Assembly (NCBI GenBank): GCA_964217375.1
Contig: CAXPJQ010000059.1
Coordinates: 11,208-75,207 of the forward strand
DNA from: Bdellovibrionales bacterium
GTDB taxonomy: Archaea; Nanobdellota; Nanobdellia; Woesearchaeales; UBA583
DNA length: 64,000 nucleotides
Direction of reading: 5' to 3'
Below the pieces are notes generated by a model. That model was given only the letters and a program-made list of their open reading frames with translations, did not search any database and had not been told where the DNA came from. Positions 8,717-18,489 of this stretch are shown here, in pieces. Both the position numbers and the translations under genes were made by a program. The first letter of the stretch is position 1. The number at the start of each line of letters is the position of its first letter.

Positions 8717-10660
8717 TTATTTAATTCCAAATTCTTTTTTAATTTGATCTCTAATTTTTTTATGTTTTGGTTTCCAATCTAAAATATTTTCTAAAACTTC
8801 TCCAAAGTTTGTAACAGGAATAATTTTAATTGATTTTTTAATTTCATCTGAAATTACTAAATCCTGCATATTAGAGTGTGGAACTAAAACTGTTTTAATT
8901 CCAGATTCATGAGCTCCTTCAATTTTTGCTGAAACACCTCCAATTGGTAAAACTTCCCCTCTAATTGATAATGAACCTGTCATTGCAGTATCTTGTTTTA
9001 AACCTATATCTTTTAGGGCTGAAACAATACAAGATGCAATTGCAATTGATGCAGAATCCCCTTCAACTCCTGAATGAGTTTGAATAAATTGGATATATAC
9101 GCTATAATCTTTTGCTAAATCCTCATTAAACATTTTTTTAATTAATGCGGAGATATTAGTAACACTCTCTTTTGCAATTTCTCCTAATTTTCCTGTTGCA
9201 ATAAATTGAGCTGAACCTTTTCCACCTTTAACTACTTCAGCTTCAATTGGCATAACCATTCCTGCATATGGTGGAGTTGATCCAATTACTGCTAAACCAT
9301 TAACTTTTCCAACTTCAACCCCTTTAGTATTAATAATTGAATATTGTTTTTTAGTTTCAATATACTTTGAAATCATTTGACCCTCAACTGATTTTACTTT
9401 ACTAAATGCCTCAAGTACATCACTCTCCTCAACAATATTTTTTCCAGCTCTTGATGCTATATCTCCAGCAGCTCTCACAATTCCTCCTAATTCCCTAAAT
9501 CTTGTAGTTAATTTATTTCCTTTATCTGCTCTTCTTTTAGCATCTAAAACAATTCTCTCACAAGCATCTGCTGTAAAGTGAGGTATTTTTGCATCTGATT
9601 TTACTTCTTGGGCAATAAATTGAATAACTTTCTTTCTATTCTCAACATTATCATCCATTGTATCATTCATATAAATCTCATACCCATACCCTCTAATTCT
9701 AGATCTAAGGGCAGGATGCATATGATTTAGAGTATCTAAATTTCCTGCTGCAACTAAAATGAAATCTGTTGGTGCTGGAGTTGATCTAACCATTGCCCCA
9801 GCAGATCTCTCTGATCTCCCAGTAATTGGCATTTGTTTCTCTTGAAGTGCAGTTAATAATTCTTGTTGCATTTCAGGTTTTAGAGTTGCAATCTCATCAA
9901 TAAATAAAACTCCACCATTGGATTTATGAATCATTCCAGGTACAATTCTTTGATGAGCTGGAGTTCCTAAACCTCCAGATTGGAAAGGATCATGTAAAAC
10001 ATCTCCAAGTAATGCTCCCTCATGAGCTCCTGAGGCATCCTCAAAAATCATTTTTTTATTTGAGTTATCAACAAATAATTTAGGTGCAGATGAATCATTT
10101 CCACCCATACCTCCCATTCTTTTTGACATTGATGATGAAAGTGAAAGAGCAATTATAATTGCAAAAAATAAAATAACTGTTGAAACTATTTCTGCTGCAT
10201 ATATTGTATCAAAAACTTCAGCCCCTCTACTTTGCCATCTAAAATAATTCCATATAGATAAAGCAAATATAATTAAAATCATAAATATCATTCCAGCCCC
10301 TTGCCCTTTACCTACATTTTTAATCATTAAAGATTTAGATTTATCAACTATTTTTTGTCCATCTCCAGCCTTAGTAATTTTAATGATTGGATTATTTTCA
10401 TCTTTTTCATTTGGATATGCAAGCATGTCAACTGCATTTTTAGTTGATAAAATTTCAGCTAAAGCTTTACCAAGCATTGATTTTCCAACACCAGGCTCTC
10501 CAAGTAATAAAACATGTCTTCTCTGATCAGCTGCCTTTCTAATAATTTCTAATGCTTCATCTTGTCCAATTACTTTATCAATAATTTTAGATTCAACGTT
10601 AATTTCCGATGTATCTTTAAAATTAAGATATTCTTTAGAATCCTCATTTTTTTTAGCCAT
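8717..10660 (-). CDS. lonB: Archaeal membrane-bound ATP-dependent protease LonB
   Basis: Walker A GEPGVGKS, two TM helices inside the AAA+ domain, LFIDE Walker B, catalytic GDSAS Ser and downstream Lys. Confidence 0.95.
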   Translation of the reverse strand: MAKKNEDSKEYLNFKDTSEINVESKIIDKVIGQDEALEIIRKAADQRRHVLLLGEPGVGKSMLGKALAEILSTKNAVDMLAYPNEKDENNPIIKITKAGDGQKIVDKSKSLMIKNVGKGQGAGMIFMILIIFALSIWNYFRWQSRGAEVFDTIYAAEIVSTVILFFAIIIALSLSSSMSKRMGGMGGNDSSAPKLFVDNSNKKMIFEDASGAHEGALLGDVLHDPFQSGGLGTPAHQRIVPGMIHKSNGGVLFIDEIATLKPEMQQELLTALQEKQMPITGRSERSAGAMVRSTPAPTDFILVAAGNLDTLNHMHPALRSRIRGYGYEIYMNDTMDDNVENRKKVIQFIAQEVKSDAKIPHFTADACERIVLDAKRRADKGNKLTTRFRELGGIVRAAGDIASRAGKNIVEESDVLEAFSKVKSVEGQMISKYIETKKQYSIINTKGVEVGKVNGLAVIGSTPPYAGMVMPIEAEVVKGGKGSAQFIATGKLGEIAKESVTNISALIKKMFNEDLAKDYSVYIQFIQTHSGVEGDSASIAIASCIVSALKDIGLKQDTAMTGSLSIRGEVLPIGGVSAKIEGAHESGIKTVLVPHSNMQDLVISDEIKKSIKIIPVTNFGEVLENILDWKPKHKKIRDQIKKEFGIK

Positions 10661-10707
10661 TATAGTATATAATAATAATTTTAATGTTTTTAAAGATTAG
10701 CTTTACT

Positions 10708-11064
10708 CTAAAATAACAAATCTAAAATTTGGATAATATTCATTGAAATTATGCTCTCATTAAACTCAATTAAATCAAATAAAGAATAAATTAGTTTATA
10801 ATTATTTGAATCAAGCCAAAAAGTATTATATTCAAAATCAATTATTTTTTGATTTGATAAAGAAAGTTTTGAATAAATTAATTTTGTATCCTCAGTTACT
10901 ATAAACTCACCAAAAGATAAATCATTTTTTAAAAAATAAAAATCTATTTTTTTTGGTAAAGTTGAATTAAAACCAATAATTGCAATATTTTTTATTTCAT
11001 CTTTTTCAACAAAAACAACTATATCTCTACTCTCAAAATTAAATAAAAACCCTAAAAATCCCAT
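10708..11064 (-). CDS. Hypothetical protein
   Basis: 118 aa ORF 5 nt downstream of trmY. Confidence 0.45.
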   Translation of the reverse strand: MGFLGFLFNFESRDIVVFVEKDEIKNIAIIGFNSTLPKKIDFYFLKNDLSFGEFIVTEDTKLIYSKLSLSNQKIIDFEYNTFWLDSNNYKLIYSLFDLIEFNESIISMNIIQILDLLF

Positions 11065-11069
11065 TTTAA

Positions 11070-11657
11070 TTATAAGTTATCTAATTCATAATTTAAAATT
11101 GTAATAGCTTGAGACGTTAGATACATTTGATTTCCAAGCGAGAGTCTAGTTGTATTTTTTTTTAAAAATTTTCTCGTTTGCTTATCAAAACCCTCATGAT
11201 CTCCTAAAACAAATAAAGGATGTTCTAATTCATTTTTTTTATTTTCAATAATTTCTTTTATATGTAAACCATTTGCATCTAACATAAATACTCCTGTAAT
11301 TTTAGATTCTAACTCTGCAAGTACTTCATCAATTTTCATATTATCAACAAATACTCCTGGATGTACTTCTCTTCTCTCCCCTTCCTTACATTTCCTTAAA
11401 CATATCTCAATTAATTTTTTCATATCTTTTTTAGAAATTGTATTCTCAGAGTTATATTCAATTGATATGTGTCTTGGTGCCTTTGGAGGGCCCATTAAAA
11501 TTAAATGTAGTTTTACATCTTCTCTCATTGTATTTGATGCAAATAAAGAAGATACTATTGAATGTAATAAAATGTCAATTCTCCCTGCACTTTTTAAATC
11601 TTTAATAATTGGAGCAGTTGAAGCTGTTGCAGAATAAACAAGAAATTCCCTTACCAT
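11070..11657 (-). CDS. trmY: tRNA (pseudouridine54-N1)-methyltransferase (SPOUT)
   Basis: MVREF start, SAGRIDIL, PGVFV, FVLGDHEG, LSLG and NYELD motifs. Confidence 0.85.
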   Translation of the reverse strand: MVREFLVYSATASTAPIIKDLKSAGRIDILLHSIVSSLFASNTMREDVKLHLILMGPPKAPRHISIEYNSENTISKKDMKKLIEICLRKCKEGERREVHPGVFVDNMKIDEVLAELESKITGVFMLDANGLHIKEIIENKKNELEHPLFVLGDHEGFDKQTRKFLKKNTTRLSLGNQMYLTSQAITILNYELDNL

Positions 11658-11678
11658 AACTAAGATAAAATAACGAGT

Positions 11679-11686
11679 TTTATAAA
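11679..11686. promoter_or_regulatory. Putative shared (palindromic) TATA box for divergent leaderless genes
   Basis: TTTATAAA about 22 nt from the trmY ATG and about 28 nt from the methyltransferase ATG in a 56-nt gap. Confidence 0.4.
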
Positions 11687-11713
11687 TTATTCTAAACTCT
11701 TATTTAATAGATA

Positions 11714-12706
11714 ATGGGAAAAAAATCAAAAGTTAATTTAAAAGATTTACCTCTAAGAGAACAAATCAAACCAATTTTTAAAGAAAGGTTTAAGGAATTA
11801 CTTGGTGAAATTGAATATGAAAAATTTGAAAATTGTATTTTAGATCCTCAAAGAAAATCATTTAGAATTAATACATATAAAGTTAAAGATACTACAAAAT
11901 TCGTTGAAAATTTAAGATCTAAAGGTTTAGATATAACTGAAGTTCCTTGGTCTAAAAATGCATTTTTTTTAAATTTTGATAAAGAAAAAAGATCAGATCT
12001 TGGAAATTTATTTGAACATTTTCTTGGTGAAATATATGTTCAGGAAGCAACATCTATGACTCCTCCTGAAGTTTTAGAAATTCCTGAAGAAATAGATAAT
12101 AATTTTAAAGTTCTTGATATGTGTTCAGCACCTGGTTCAAAAACTACTCAAATTGCTGCAATGATGAAAAATAAAGGACTTCTTGTTGCAAATGAACTTG
12201 ATTATAAAAGATTAGGTCCTCTAAAAATTAATTTAGAAAGATCAGGTTTTTCAAATATTGTAATTATTAATAATGATGGTGCAAGAATTGATGGTGTTGA
12301 AATTTATGATAGAATTTGTTTAGATGCTCCCTGTTCAGGATCAGGAGTAATTAGAAAATCTCCTGGAACTCTTAGAGCATATAACCCTAAAAAATTAAAA
12401 GGTATTCAAAACATTCAATTAAGACTTGCAAAAAGAGCATTTGAGTTATTAAAAAAAGGTGGAATTATGACATATTCTACATGTTCAATTGATCCTGAAG
12501 AAAATGAAATTTTAATTAAAAGATTCTTAGAAGAAGTTCCTGAAGCTAAATTAGTTGAATGTAAATTAAATGGAATTATTTTAAATAATAAAGTTAAAGA
12601 ATTTAGAGGAGAAATTATCCCTGAAGAAATTACTCAAAAAACAATTAGAATTTGGCCTCAAGATAATGATACAAATGGATTTTATTTAGCTAAAATTGTT
12701 AAATAA
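11714..12706 (+). CDS. RsmB/NOP2/NSUN family RNA cytosine-C5 methyltransferase
   Basis: YVQEATSM, LDMCSAPGSKT, LDAPCSG and YSTCS motifs. Confidence 0.92.
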   Translation: MGKKSKVNLKDLPLREQIKPIFKERFKELLGEIEYEKFENCILDPQRKSFRINTYKVKDTTKFVENLRSKGLDITEVPWSKNAFFLNFDKEKRSDLGNLFEHFLGEIYVQEATSMTPPEVLEIPEEIDNNFKVLDMCSAPGSKTTQIAAMMKNKGLLVANELDYKRLGPLKINLERSGFSNIVIINNDGARIDGVEIYDRICLDAPCSGSGVIRKSPGTLRAYNPKKLKGIQNIQLRLAKRAFELLKKGGIMTYSTCSIDPEENEILIKRFLEEVPEAKLVECKLNGIILNNKVKEFRGEIIPEEITQKTIRIWPQDNDTNGFYLAKIVK

Positions 12707-12707
12707 A

Positions 12708-12923
12708 TTAACTCAATCCACTAAATACATCTTTTGTTTTTTCTCCTGAAGATTCAAATTCTCCAGTAATAATTGAAATTAAATAAAGTAAAACTAAAAG
12801 TGCAACTAATGCAATTATAATTTTTCCCATATTTGATAGTGCTAAATCTCCTTTTTTATTTTTAAAAAAGGTAACCAAGAATCTTTGATTATTGAGATCT
12901 CCTTTTTGATTTCTAATTAACAT
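12708..12923 (-). CDS. Small type IV pilin-like protein (class III signal peptide)
   Basis: KNKKG/DL followed by a hydrophobic helix. Confidence 0.6.
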   Translation of the reverse strand: MLIRNQKGDLNNQRFLVTFFKNKKGDLALSNMGKIIIALVALLVLLYLISIITGEFESSGEKTKDVFSGLS

Positions 12924-12924
12924 T

Positions 12925-13776
12925 TTACATCACATAAATACTAAATTTCCCTTTAGAAATTTCTTTTTTAAAATCTTTTACTTCAACCCCACTTTGAGCA
13001 ATTATAAATTTATCTGAAACTAATTTAAAACCTTCCTTTTTAGACATCACTGAAGTAAATATTTCCATTAAAAATCCCATATCAAAATTTCCATCTAATT
13101 TAAATTCATTTGATTTAGAAGATATTATCTGGTTAACATAACTTCCTTTTAATTCTTTTTTTAAATTTTCAATTTCTTTTTTTTGATCTTTCCATTCATT
13201 AAAAAATTTATCTGCAGTTTTTTCAAGTTGGGAATCTTGAACACTAAAAATTGTTTTTGTTTTATTTAAAATTTCTTGTTTTTCTTCAATAAACTTTTGA
13301 GCAAATTCTCTTACTACATACTTTAATCTAATTACTCCATCTTGAATTTTTGAAGATTCTACTATTTTAATTAAACCAATTCCTCCAGTAGATTCCATGT
13401 GAATTCCACCACATGCTTCAATATCATTATCCATAACATGAATTACTCTTAGAGTTTTCATAGGAATTGCTCCTCCTTGATATAAAATAAATCCATGTTT
13501 TTTTTCAGCCTCAGTCCTATCTAATTCCTCAATACTTACTTTTTTATTTGAAAAAACAACTTCATTTGCTTTTTTTTCAATTTCGAAAATTTGTTGTTGA
13601 GTTAATTGATCATAATGAGTAATATCTAAACTTCCCTCCTCAGGTTTTAAATTAGAACCATTTTGCCAAACGTGATTTCCTAAAACTTCTCTTGCACAAA
13701 AATTAATAATATGGGTTGCAGTATGTAATCTCCTTAACTGCTCTCGTCTATTCATATCAACTGATATTTTTACCAT
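12925..13776 (-). CDS. Alanyl-tRNA synthetase C-terminal half (editing domain, coiled coil, short C-Ala); split AlaRS subunit or AlaX-like
   Basis: HTATH and CGGIH Zn motifs, LDITHY, LYQGGA, KIQDGVIRL; no aminoacylation domain. Confidence 0.85.
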   Translation of the reverse strand: MVKISVDMNRREQLRRLHTATHIINFCAREVLGNHVWQNGSNLKPEEGSLDITHYDQLTQQQIFEIEKKANEVVFSNKKVSIEELDRTEAEKKHGFILYQGGAIPMKTLRVIHVMDNDIEACGGIHMESTGGIGLIKIVESSKIQDGVIRLKYVVREFAQKFIEEKQEILNKTKTIFSVQDSQLEKTADKFFNEWKDQKKEIENLKKELKGSYVNQIISSKSNEFKLDGNFDMGFLMEIFTSVMSKKEGFKLVSDKFIIAQSGVEVKDFKKEISKGKFSIYVM

Positions 13777-13827
13777 AACTTAAACTATAATTGATACTTT
13801 ATAAAGTTATTTTTAAAAAGAAAAAAA

Positions 13828-14082
13828 TTATTTTAAAATCAAACCTATAATTAAAAAAATCATTCCATAAATTAAGTAATTCCAACCTCCATCTAAAATT
13901 GGAAAAAATGTAGCAGTTAACTCAACAATTGCAATTGAAATAAAAACAACTGCTAAAACAAATGCAAGAGACATCTCAGTAAATCTAACTACTTTTTTAG
14001 TAACTTTTTCTTTTACATATTCTCCTGCCATATCACAAATTTCTTCTTCAAATAATCCAAAAAGACCTTTTTTTCTTGCCAT
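13828..14082 (-). CDS. Small 2-TM membrane protein
   Basis: 84 aa with two hydrophobic helices. Confidence 0.55.
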   Translation of the reverse strand: MARKKGLFGLFEEEICDMAGEYVKEKVTKKVVRFTEMSLAFVLAVVFISIAIVELTATFFPILDGGWNYLIYGMIFLIIGLILK

Positions 14083-14116
14083 AACATTTATAACTTAATT
14101 TAAAATATATAAAGTT

Positions 14117-14707
14117 ATGGAGAAACTAAGTGAGGGTGCAGAATCAATTATTGAAATTATAGATCAAAAAACTCTACAAAAAACAAGACTACCCAAAACT
14201 TATAGAAATAGTGAACTTGATTTAAAGTTAAGAAAATTTAGAACAAAAAGAGAATTTAAAATTTTAAATAAACTAAAAGAAAATAACGTTAATGTCCCAA
14301 AAACAAATGATATTAATTTAGATAATACTTCATTTACTTTTGAATATTTAAATGGTAAAATCTTAAAAGAATCTCTCTCAAAAGAACTTTTAATTAAAAC
14401 AATTAAAGAAATTGCTAAAATGCATAAATTTGGAGTAACTCATGGAGATTTAACTACATTAAACATGTTAAATGTTGATAATGAAGTATATATTATTGAT
14501 TTTGGTCTCTCAGAATTTAGTGAAAATATTGAAGAGCGAGGTGTTGATTTAAACTTATTTTTTTTATGCATAGAAAATGAACATAATGAATTTTTCCATA
14601 TGAAATCAGAGCTCATTGAAATATATAAAAACGAAATTGAAAATGGAGTAGAAGTTATTAAAAGACTTGAAAATATTGAAAAAAGAGGAAGAAACAAAAA
14701 TAAATAA
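14117..14707 (+). CDS. bud32: KEOPS complex kinase Bud32
   Basis: GAES, PKTYR..LD..LR..RT..E, HGDLTTLN, IDFGL, VDL and RGR C-terminal motif. Confidence 0.92.
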   Translation: MEKLSEGAESIIEIIDQKTLQKTRLPKTYRNSELDLKLRKFRTKREFKILNKLKENNVNVPKTNDINLDNTSFTFEYLNGKILKESLSKELLIKTIKEIAKMHKFGVTHGDLTTLNMLNVDNEVYIIDFGLSEFSENIEERGVDLNLFFLCIENEHNEFFHMKSELIEIYKNEIENGVEVIKRLENIEKRGRNKNK

Positions 14708-14732
14708 ATTATTTTTGAAATTAATAATAAAA

Positions 14733-15713
14733 TTAAATTAATCTAAGTATTGCTCTTGCTAATTTTTTAGGGCTATGTCTAACTAATTTATCTTCATCAA
14801 TAAAATTTCCCTTAATTATATTTACTTTTTTCAAATTATTCATATCAAGGGGTATTGGATGTTTATCTTCTTTTCTATATTCAGCTAAAGCAGTAGAAGT
14901 TGGAATATGTGAATTTGCAATAATATGAGTCAAATTGGATTTCAAATATTTTTCAAGTTCCCCTTTAAAATCAGATACACAAAAGTTATCTGTTTCTCCT
15001 GGTTTTGACATCACCGAACTAATTAAAACTTTTTTTGAATTTTTATTTGATTTTATTGCATCTTGAATATCTTTAAATAAAATATTTGGAAGAATTGAAG
15101 TATATAAATCTCCTGGGCCAAAAACAATTACATCTGCTTCTTTTAATGATTTAATTGCAGAAAAATTTGCCTTTGTTCTTTTTTTCAAATAAATTTTATC
15201 AATAATTTTATTTTTAGTTGTATCAATTATACTCTCTCCTTCTAAAATATCACCATTATCAAGTTTTGCCATTAAAGTATTATCACTTAATGAAACTGGA
15301 ATTACTTTTCCTTTTATTTTTAAAATTTTTGAAGCAACTTTAACTGCACTCTCAAAATTACCAGTAATATCACATAATGCTGTTAATAATAAATTTCCAA
15401 AGTTATGATTTGATAAATTATTATCAAACCTATATTGAAACAAAGCTCCAATATTTTCAACCTCATCACTTAAAGCTACCATACAATTTCTAACATCCCC
15501 TGGCGGCAATATTCCATATTGTGTCCTTAAAACTCCAGAAGATCCTCCTGAATCCATTGTAGTTACAATTGCAGTAATATTATTTCTTGATTTTGCATAC
15601 TCTTTAAGTCCTGAGAGTAAAGAAAATTGACCAGTACCTCCTCCAATACAAACTATTTTTTTATTTTTAAGAGTTAATTTAGGTTTTTTCTTAGAATTAA
15701 AAAGTTTAAACAT
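14733..15713 (-). CDS. YvcK/CofD-like (UPF0052) protein
   Basis: GGGTG, DSGGSSG, PPGDVRN, HNFGN, GPGDLYTS, KPGET and RH motifs. Confidence 0.9.
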   Translation of the reverse strand: MFKLFNSKKKPKLTLKNKKIVCIGGGTGQFSLLSGLKEYAKSRNNITAIVTTMDSGGSSGVLRTQYGILPPGDVRNCMVALSDEVENIGALFQYRFDNNLSNHNFGNLLLTALCDITGNFESAVKVASKILKIKGKVIPVSLSDNTLMAKLDNGDILEGESIIDTTKNKIIDKIYLKKRTKANFSAIKSLKEADVIVFGPGDLYTSILPNILFKDIQDAIKSNKNSKKVLISSVMSKPGETDNFCVSDFKGELEKYLKSNLTHIIANSHIPTSTALAEYRKEDKHPIPLDMNNLKKVNIIKGNFIDEDKLVRHSPKKLARAILRLI

Positions 15714-15785
15714 AATTATAACTATTGAGTTATAAATATAAATTTTTTGTAAAAATAAATCATTAAAATTAATTAAAAAATGAAA

Positions 15786-16529
15786 TTATTTCATTTTTTT
15801 CATAAATTCTCCAAATTCCATTGGAAAGAAAATAAATTTAGTTGACGCATCTCCTGAGATATCATTAATTGTTTGTAAATTTCTTAACTGCATTGCACCA
15901 GGTGATTTTGCTAAAGTTAATGAAGCTTTTGCTAAGTTTTGTGAAGCAATTACTTCTCCCTCAGATTTAATAATAATTCCTCTTTTTTCCCTCTCAGCTT
16001 CTGCTTCTCTTGCCATCATTCTTTGCATTGATGATGGTAATTCTACGTGTTTTAATTCAACTCTATCAACTTTGATACCCCACTGATCAGAACCTGCATC
16101 AATGATTTTTTTAATTTTAGTTGAAATTGCATCTCTATTTGCTAAAAGTTCATCTAAAGTAACTTCTCCAATTACATCTCTCATTGTAGTTTGAGATAAT
16201 TGTGAAATTGCATAATAAAAATCTTCAACATCAAGAATTGATTTTTTAACATCAAAAACATAATAATAAGAAACTGCATCAACATTAACTGAAACATTAT
16301 CTTTAGTAATACAATCTTGTTTAGGAACATCAACTGTTTTAACCCTAATATCTACTCTCTCATATGATTGAAAAATTGGAATTACAATATTTAACCCTGG
16401 ACCCATATCACTTGAGTATCTACCTAAAGTAAATTTTAATCCTCTTTCATATTCCATAATCTGTTTAATTCCTGATAATACAAAAATAATTACAAGAACT
16501 ACAATAACAATAATAAACTCTGAAGCCAT
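15786..16529 (-). CDS. SPFH/band 7 (stomatin/slipin) membrane protein
   Basis: N-terminal TM, ITKDNV, QTTMR, AEAERE.R motifs. Confidence 0.92.
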   Translation of the reverse strand: MASEFIIVIVVLVIIFVLSGIKQIMEYERGLKFTLGRYSSDMGPGLNIVIPIFQSYERVDIRVKTVDVPKQDCITKDNVSVNVDAVSYYYVFDVKKSILDVEDFYYAISQLSQTTMRDVIGEVTLDELLANRDAISTKIKKIIDAGSDQWGIKVDRVELKHVELPSSMQRMMAREAEAEREKRGIIIKSEGEVIASQNLAKASLTLAKSPGAMQLRNLQTINDISGDASTKFIFFPMEFGEFMKKMK

Positions 16530-16567
16530 TTTTTAAAAATTAAGTAAAATAAAAATTAAATTAGAAC

Positions 16568-17641
16568 TTAATAAACAGTTCTAATTCCTAAATCGTGAGA
16601 AACTCTCTCTGTATTTTGTTGTTTTTCCTCTTTTGTTTCATTTCCTAAAACATGAGGTGATTGAACTCCAGTCATAATACTCATAACTGTAACTCTTTTA
16701 GCATGTGACTCATCTACTCTAGCTCCCCAAATAACATTTGCATCTGCGTGAACTGATTGAGTAACTAATTGCCCTGCTCTATCAATTTCTTCTAAAGTCA
16801 TATCTGGACCTCCAGTAATATGAATTAAAGCACCTGTTGCTCCTTTATAATCAATTTCTAAAAGAGGGTTAGCTAAAGCTTCTTCTACAGCTTCTTCACA
16901 TCTTCTATTTGTATCTGAAGTTCCAATACCTACAGTTGCCACTCCTCCTGAGGACATAATTGCTTTAACATCAGCAAAGTCAAGGTTAACTAATGAAGGA
17001 ATAGCAATAATTTCAACAATACCTTTAATCATAACTGAAACTAATTCATTAGCTACAGCAAAAGCTTGTTGAACTGGAAGATTTCCTGCAATTTTAACTA
17101 ATCTATTGTTATCAATTACAACAACCGTATCTGAAACTGCTCTTAATTTTTGTAATCCAAATTCTGCTTTATCAATTCTTGCTCTCTCAATACTAAAAGG
17201 CATAGTTGTAACTCCAATTACAATAGCACCCATATCTTTTGCAACTTTTGCAACTACTGCAGCTGAACCTGTTCCAGTTCCTCCACCCATTCCTGCACAA
17301 ATAAAAACCATATCTGCTCCTTGAACAGCATCTTTAATTTCTTGAATTGATTCTTGAGCAGCTGCAGCTCCTTTTTCAGGCATTCCTCCAGCTCCCAATC
17401 CTCTAGTTACTTCCTTACCGATTAAAATTTTTTTATCTGCTGATTTTAATTTTAAATCTTGTAAGTCTGTGTTAACTGCAACAATGTCAGCTCCATCAAT
17501 TCCTTTTTGATGTAACCAATTAACCATATTTTGTCCTGCTCCTCCACAGCCTACAACTACCATTTTAGCTTGACCAACTTCATAATTGTCAAGCGCTTCT
17601 TCTCCCATATTTTGTAATGCGTCTTTTACTAAAAAGTCCAT
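16568..17641 (-). CDS. ftsZ: Cell division protein FtsZ
   Basis: GCGGAG, tubulin signature GGGTGTG, NLDFADV; GAGG SD upstream. Confidence 0.97.
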   Translation of the reverse strand: MDFLVKDALQNMGEEALDNYEVGQAKMVVVGCGGAGQNMVNWLHQKGIDGADIVAVNTDLQDLKLKSADKKILIGKEVTRGLGAGGMPEKGAAAAQESIQEIKDAVQGADMVFICAGMGGGTGTGSAAVVAKVAKDMGAIVIGVTTMPFSIERARIDKAEFGLQKLRAVSDTVVVIDNNRLVKIAGNLPVQQAFAVANELVSVMIKGIVEIIAIPSLVNLDFADVKAIMSSGGVATVGIGTSDTNRRCEEAVEEALANPLLEIDYKGATGALIHITGGPDMTLEEIDRAGQLVTQSVHADANVIWGARVDESHAKRVTVMSIMTGVQSPHVLGNETKEEKQQNTERVSHDLGIRTVY

Positions 17642-17815
17642 TTTTTTGACCTCAATTTTGATGATTTATAAATACAGCCCTAAATTATATTAAAATAATG
17701 TAGTTTCGCTTTATTATGTATAAAAAATAAAAAAAGAAGTATTAAAAGATTACTATTCACAACAAGATAGTAATAAGGGTGTGTTTTAATATTCACAAAA
17801 ACAATTTAATTCAAA

Positions 17816-18424
17816 TTAATCTTCTTTTTTTAAAGGAATATCATCATTTTTTTCATCTAAATTCTCAGTATTTTCTTCCAAATTTGGAATATCTTCTAAA
17901 AATGTTTGAATAGATTTATTTGCTTGATCTCTAAAATCTTCATCTTCGTCTAATTTAAAATAATCATAGAATTTTTTAGTTACTTTGTAATATTTTCCAA
18001 TTCCATTTTTTTCATATGATAAGAATTTGTTTCTATATAAATATTCAACTTCAGTTTTAACTGATTTTCCTAAAATCTCAGATAATCTTGTTTTAGTAAC
18101 TGGTTGTTCATATGCAATTACTGAGAGAACTCTTAATACATTTTGAGGTATTTCAGTCCCTGAAATTAAATCTGAAACTAAATCTGAAAAATCTGATTTA
18201 AGAGCCATTCTATATTTATTATCATCATTTTTTTCAATTGTAAAAGAAAATCCTTCTTTATATTTTTGTTCTAATTCCCCTAAAGCATTTTTAACCATCA
18301 TCTCAGAATCTACCATTAAAGTGTGAGCAATATCTTTAATTGAGAGCCAATCTCCAAAAGAAAATAAAAGTGCTTCAGTTTGAAGTCTTAAAAGTTCAAA
18401 TCCTTTGGAATCATCTTGTGTCAT
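17816..18424 (-). CDS. scpB: Segregation/condensation protein B
   Basis: EALLF, LSVIAYEQPVT and VTKKFYDYF motifs. Confidence 0.88.
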   Translation of the reverse strand: MTQDDSKGFELLRLQTEALLFSFGDWLSIKDIAHTLMVDSEMMVKNALGELEQKYKEGFSFTIEKNDDNKYRMALKSDFSDLVSDLISGTEIPQNVLRVLSVIAYEQPVTKTRLSEILGKSVKTEVEYLYRNKFLSYEKNGIGKYYKVTKKFYDYFKLDEDEDFRDQANKSIQTFLEDIPNLEENTENLDEKNDDIPLKKED

Positions 18425-18489
18425 AGAAGTAAATACAGAAAAATATTTTATAAACTTGTGTTACTTTAAGAAGTTAAAAAAATAAATGT

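Noticed and set aside
6004..18424. scpA and scpB separated by about 11 kb with no smc nearby
   Set aside because: Dispersed condensin genes are common in archaea, and smc may lie outside the window
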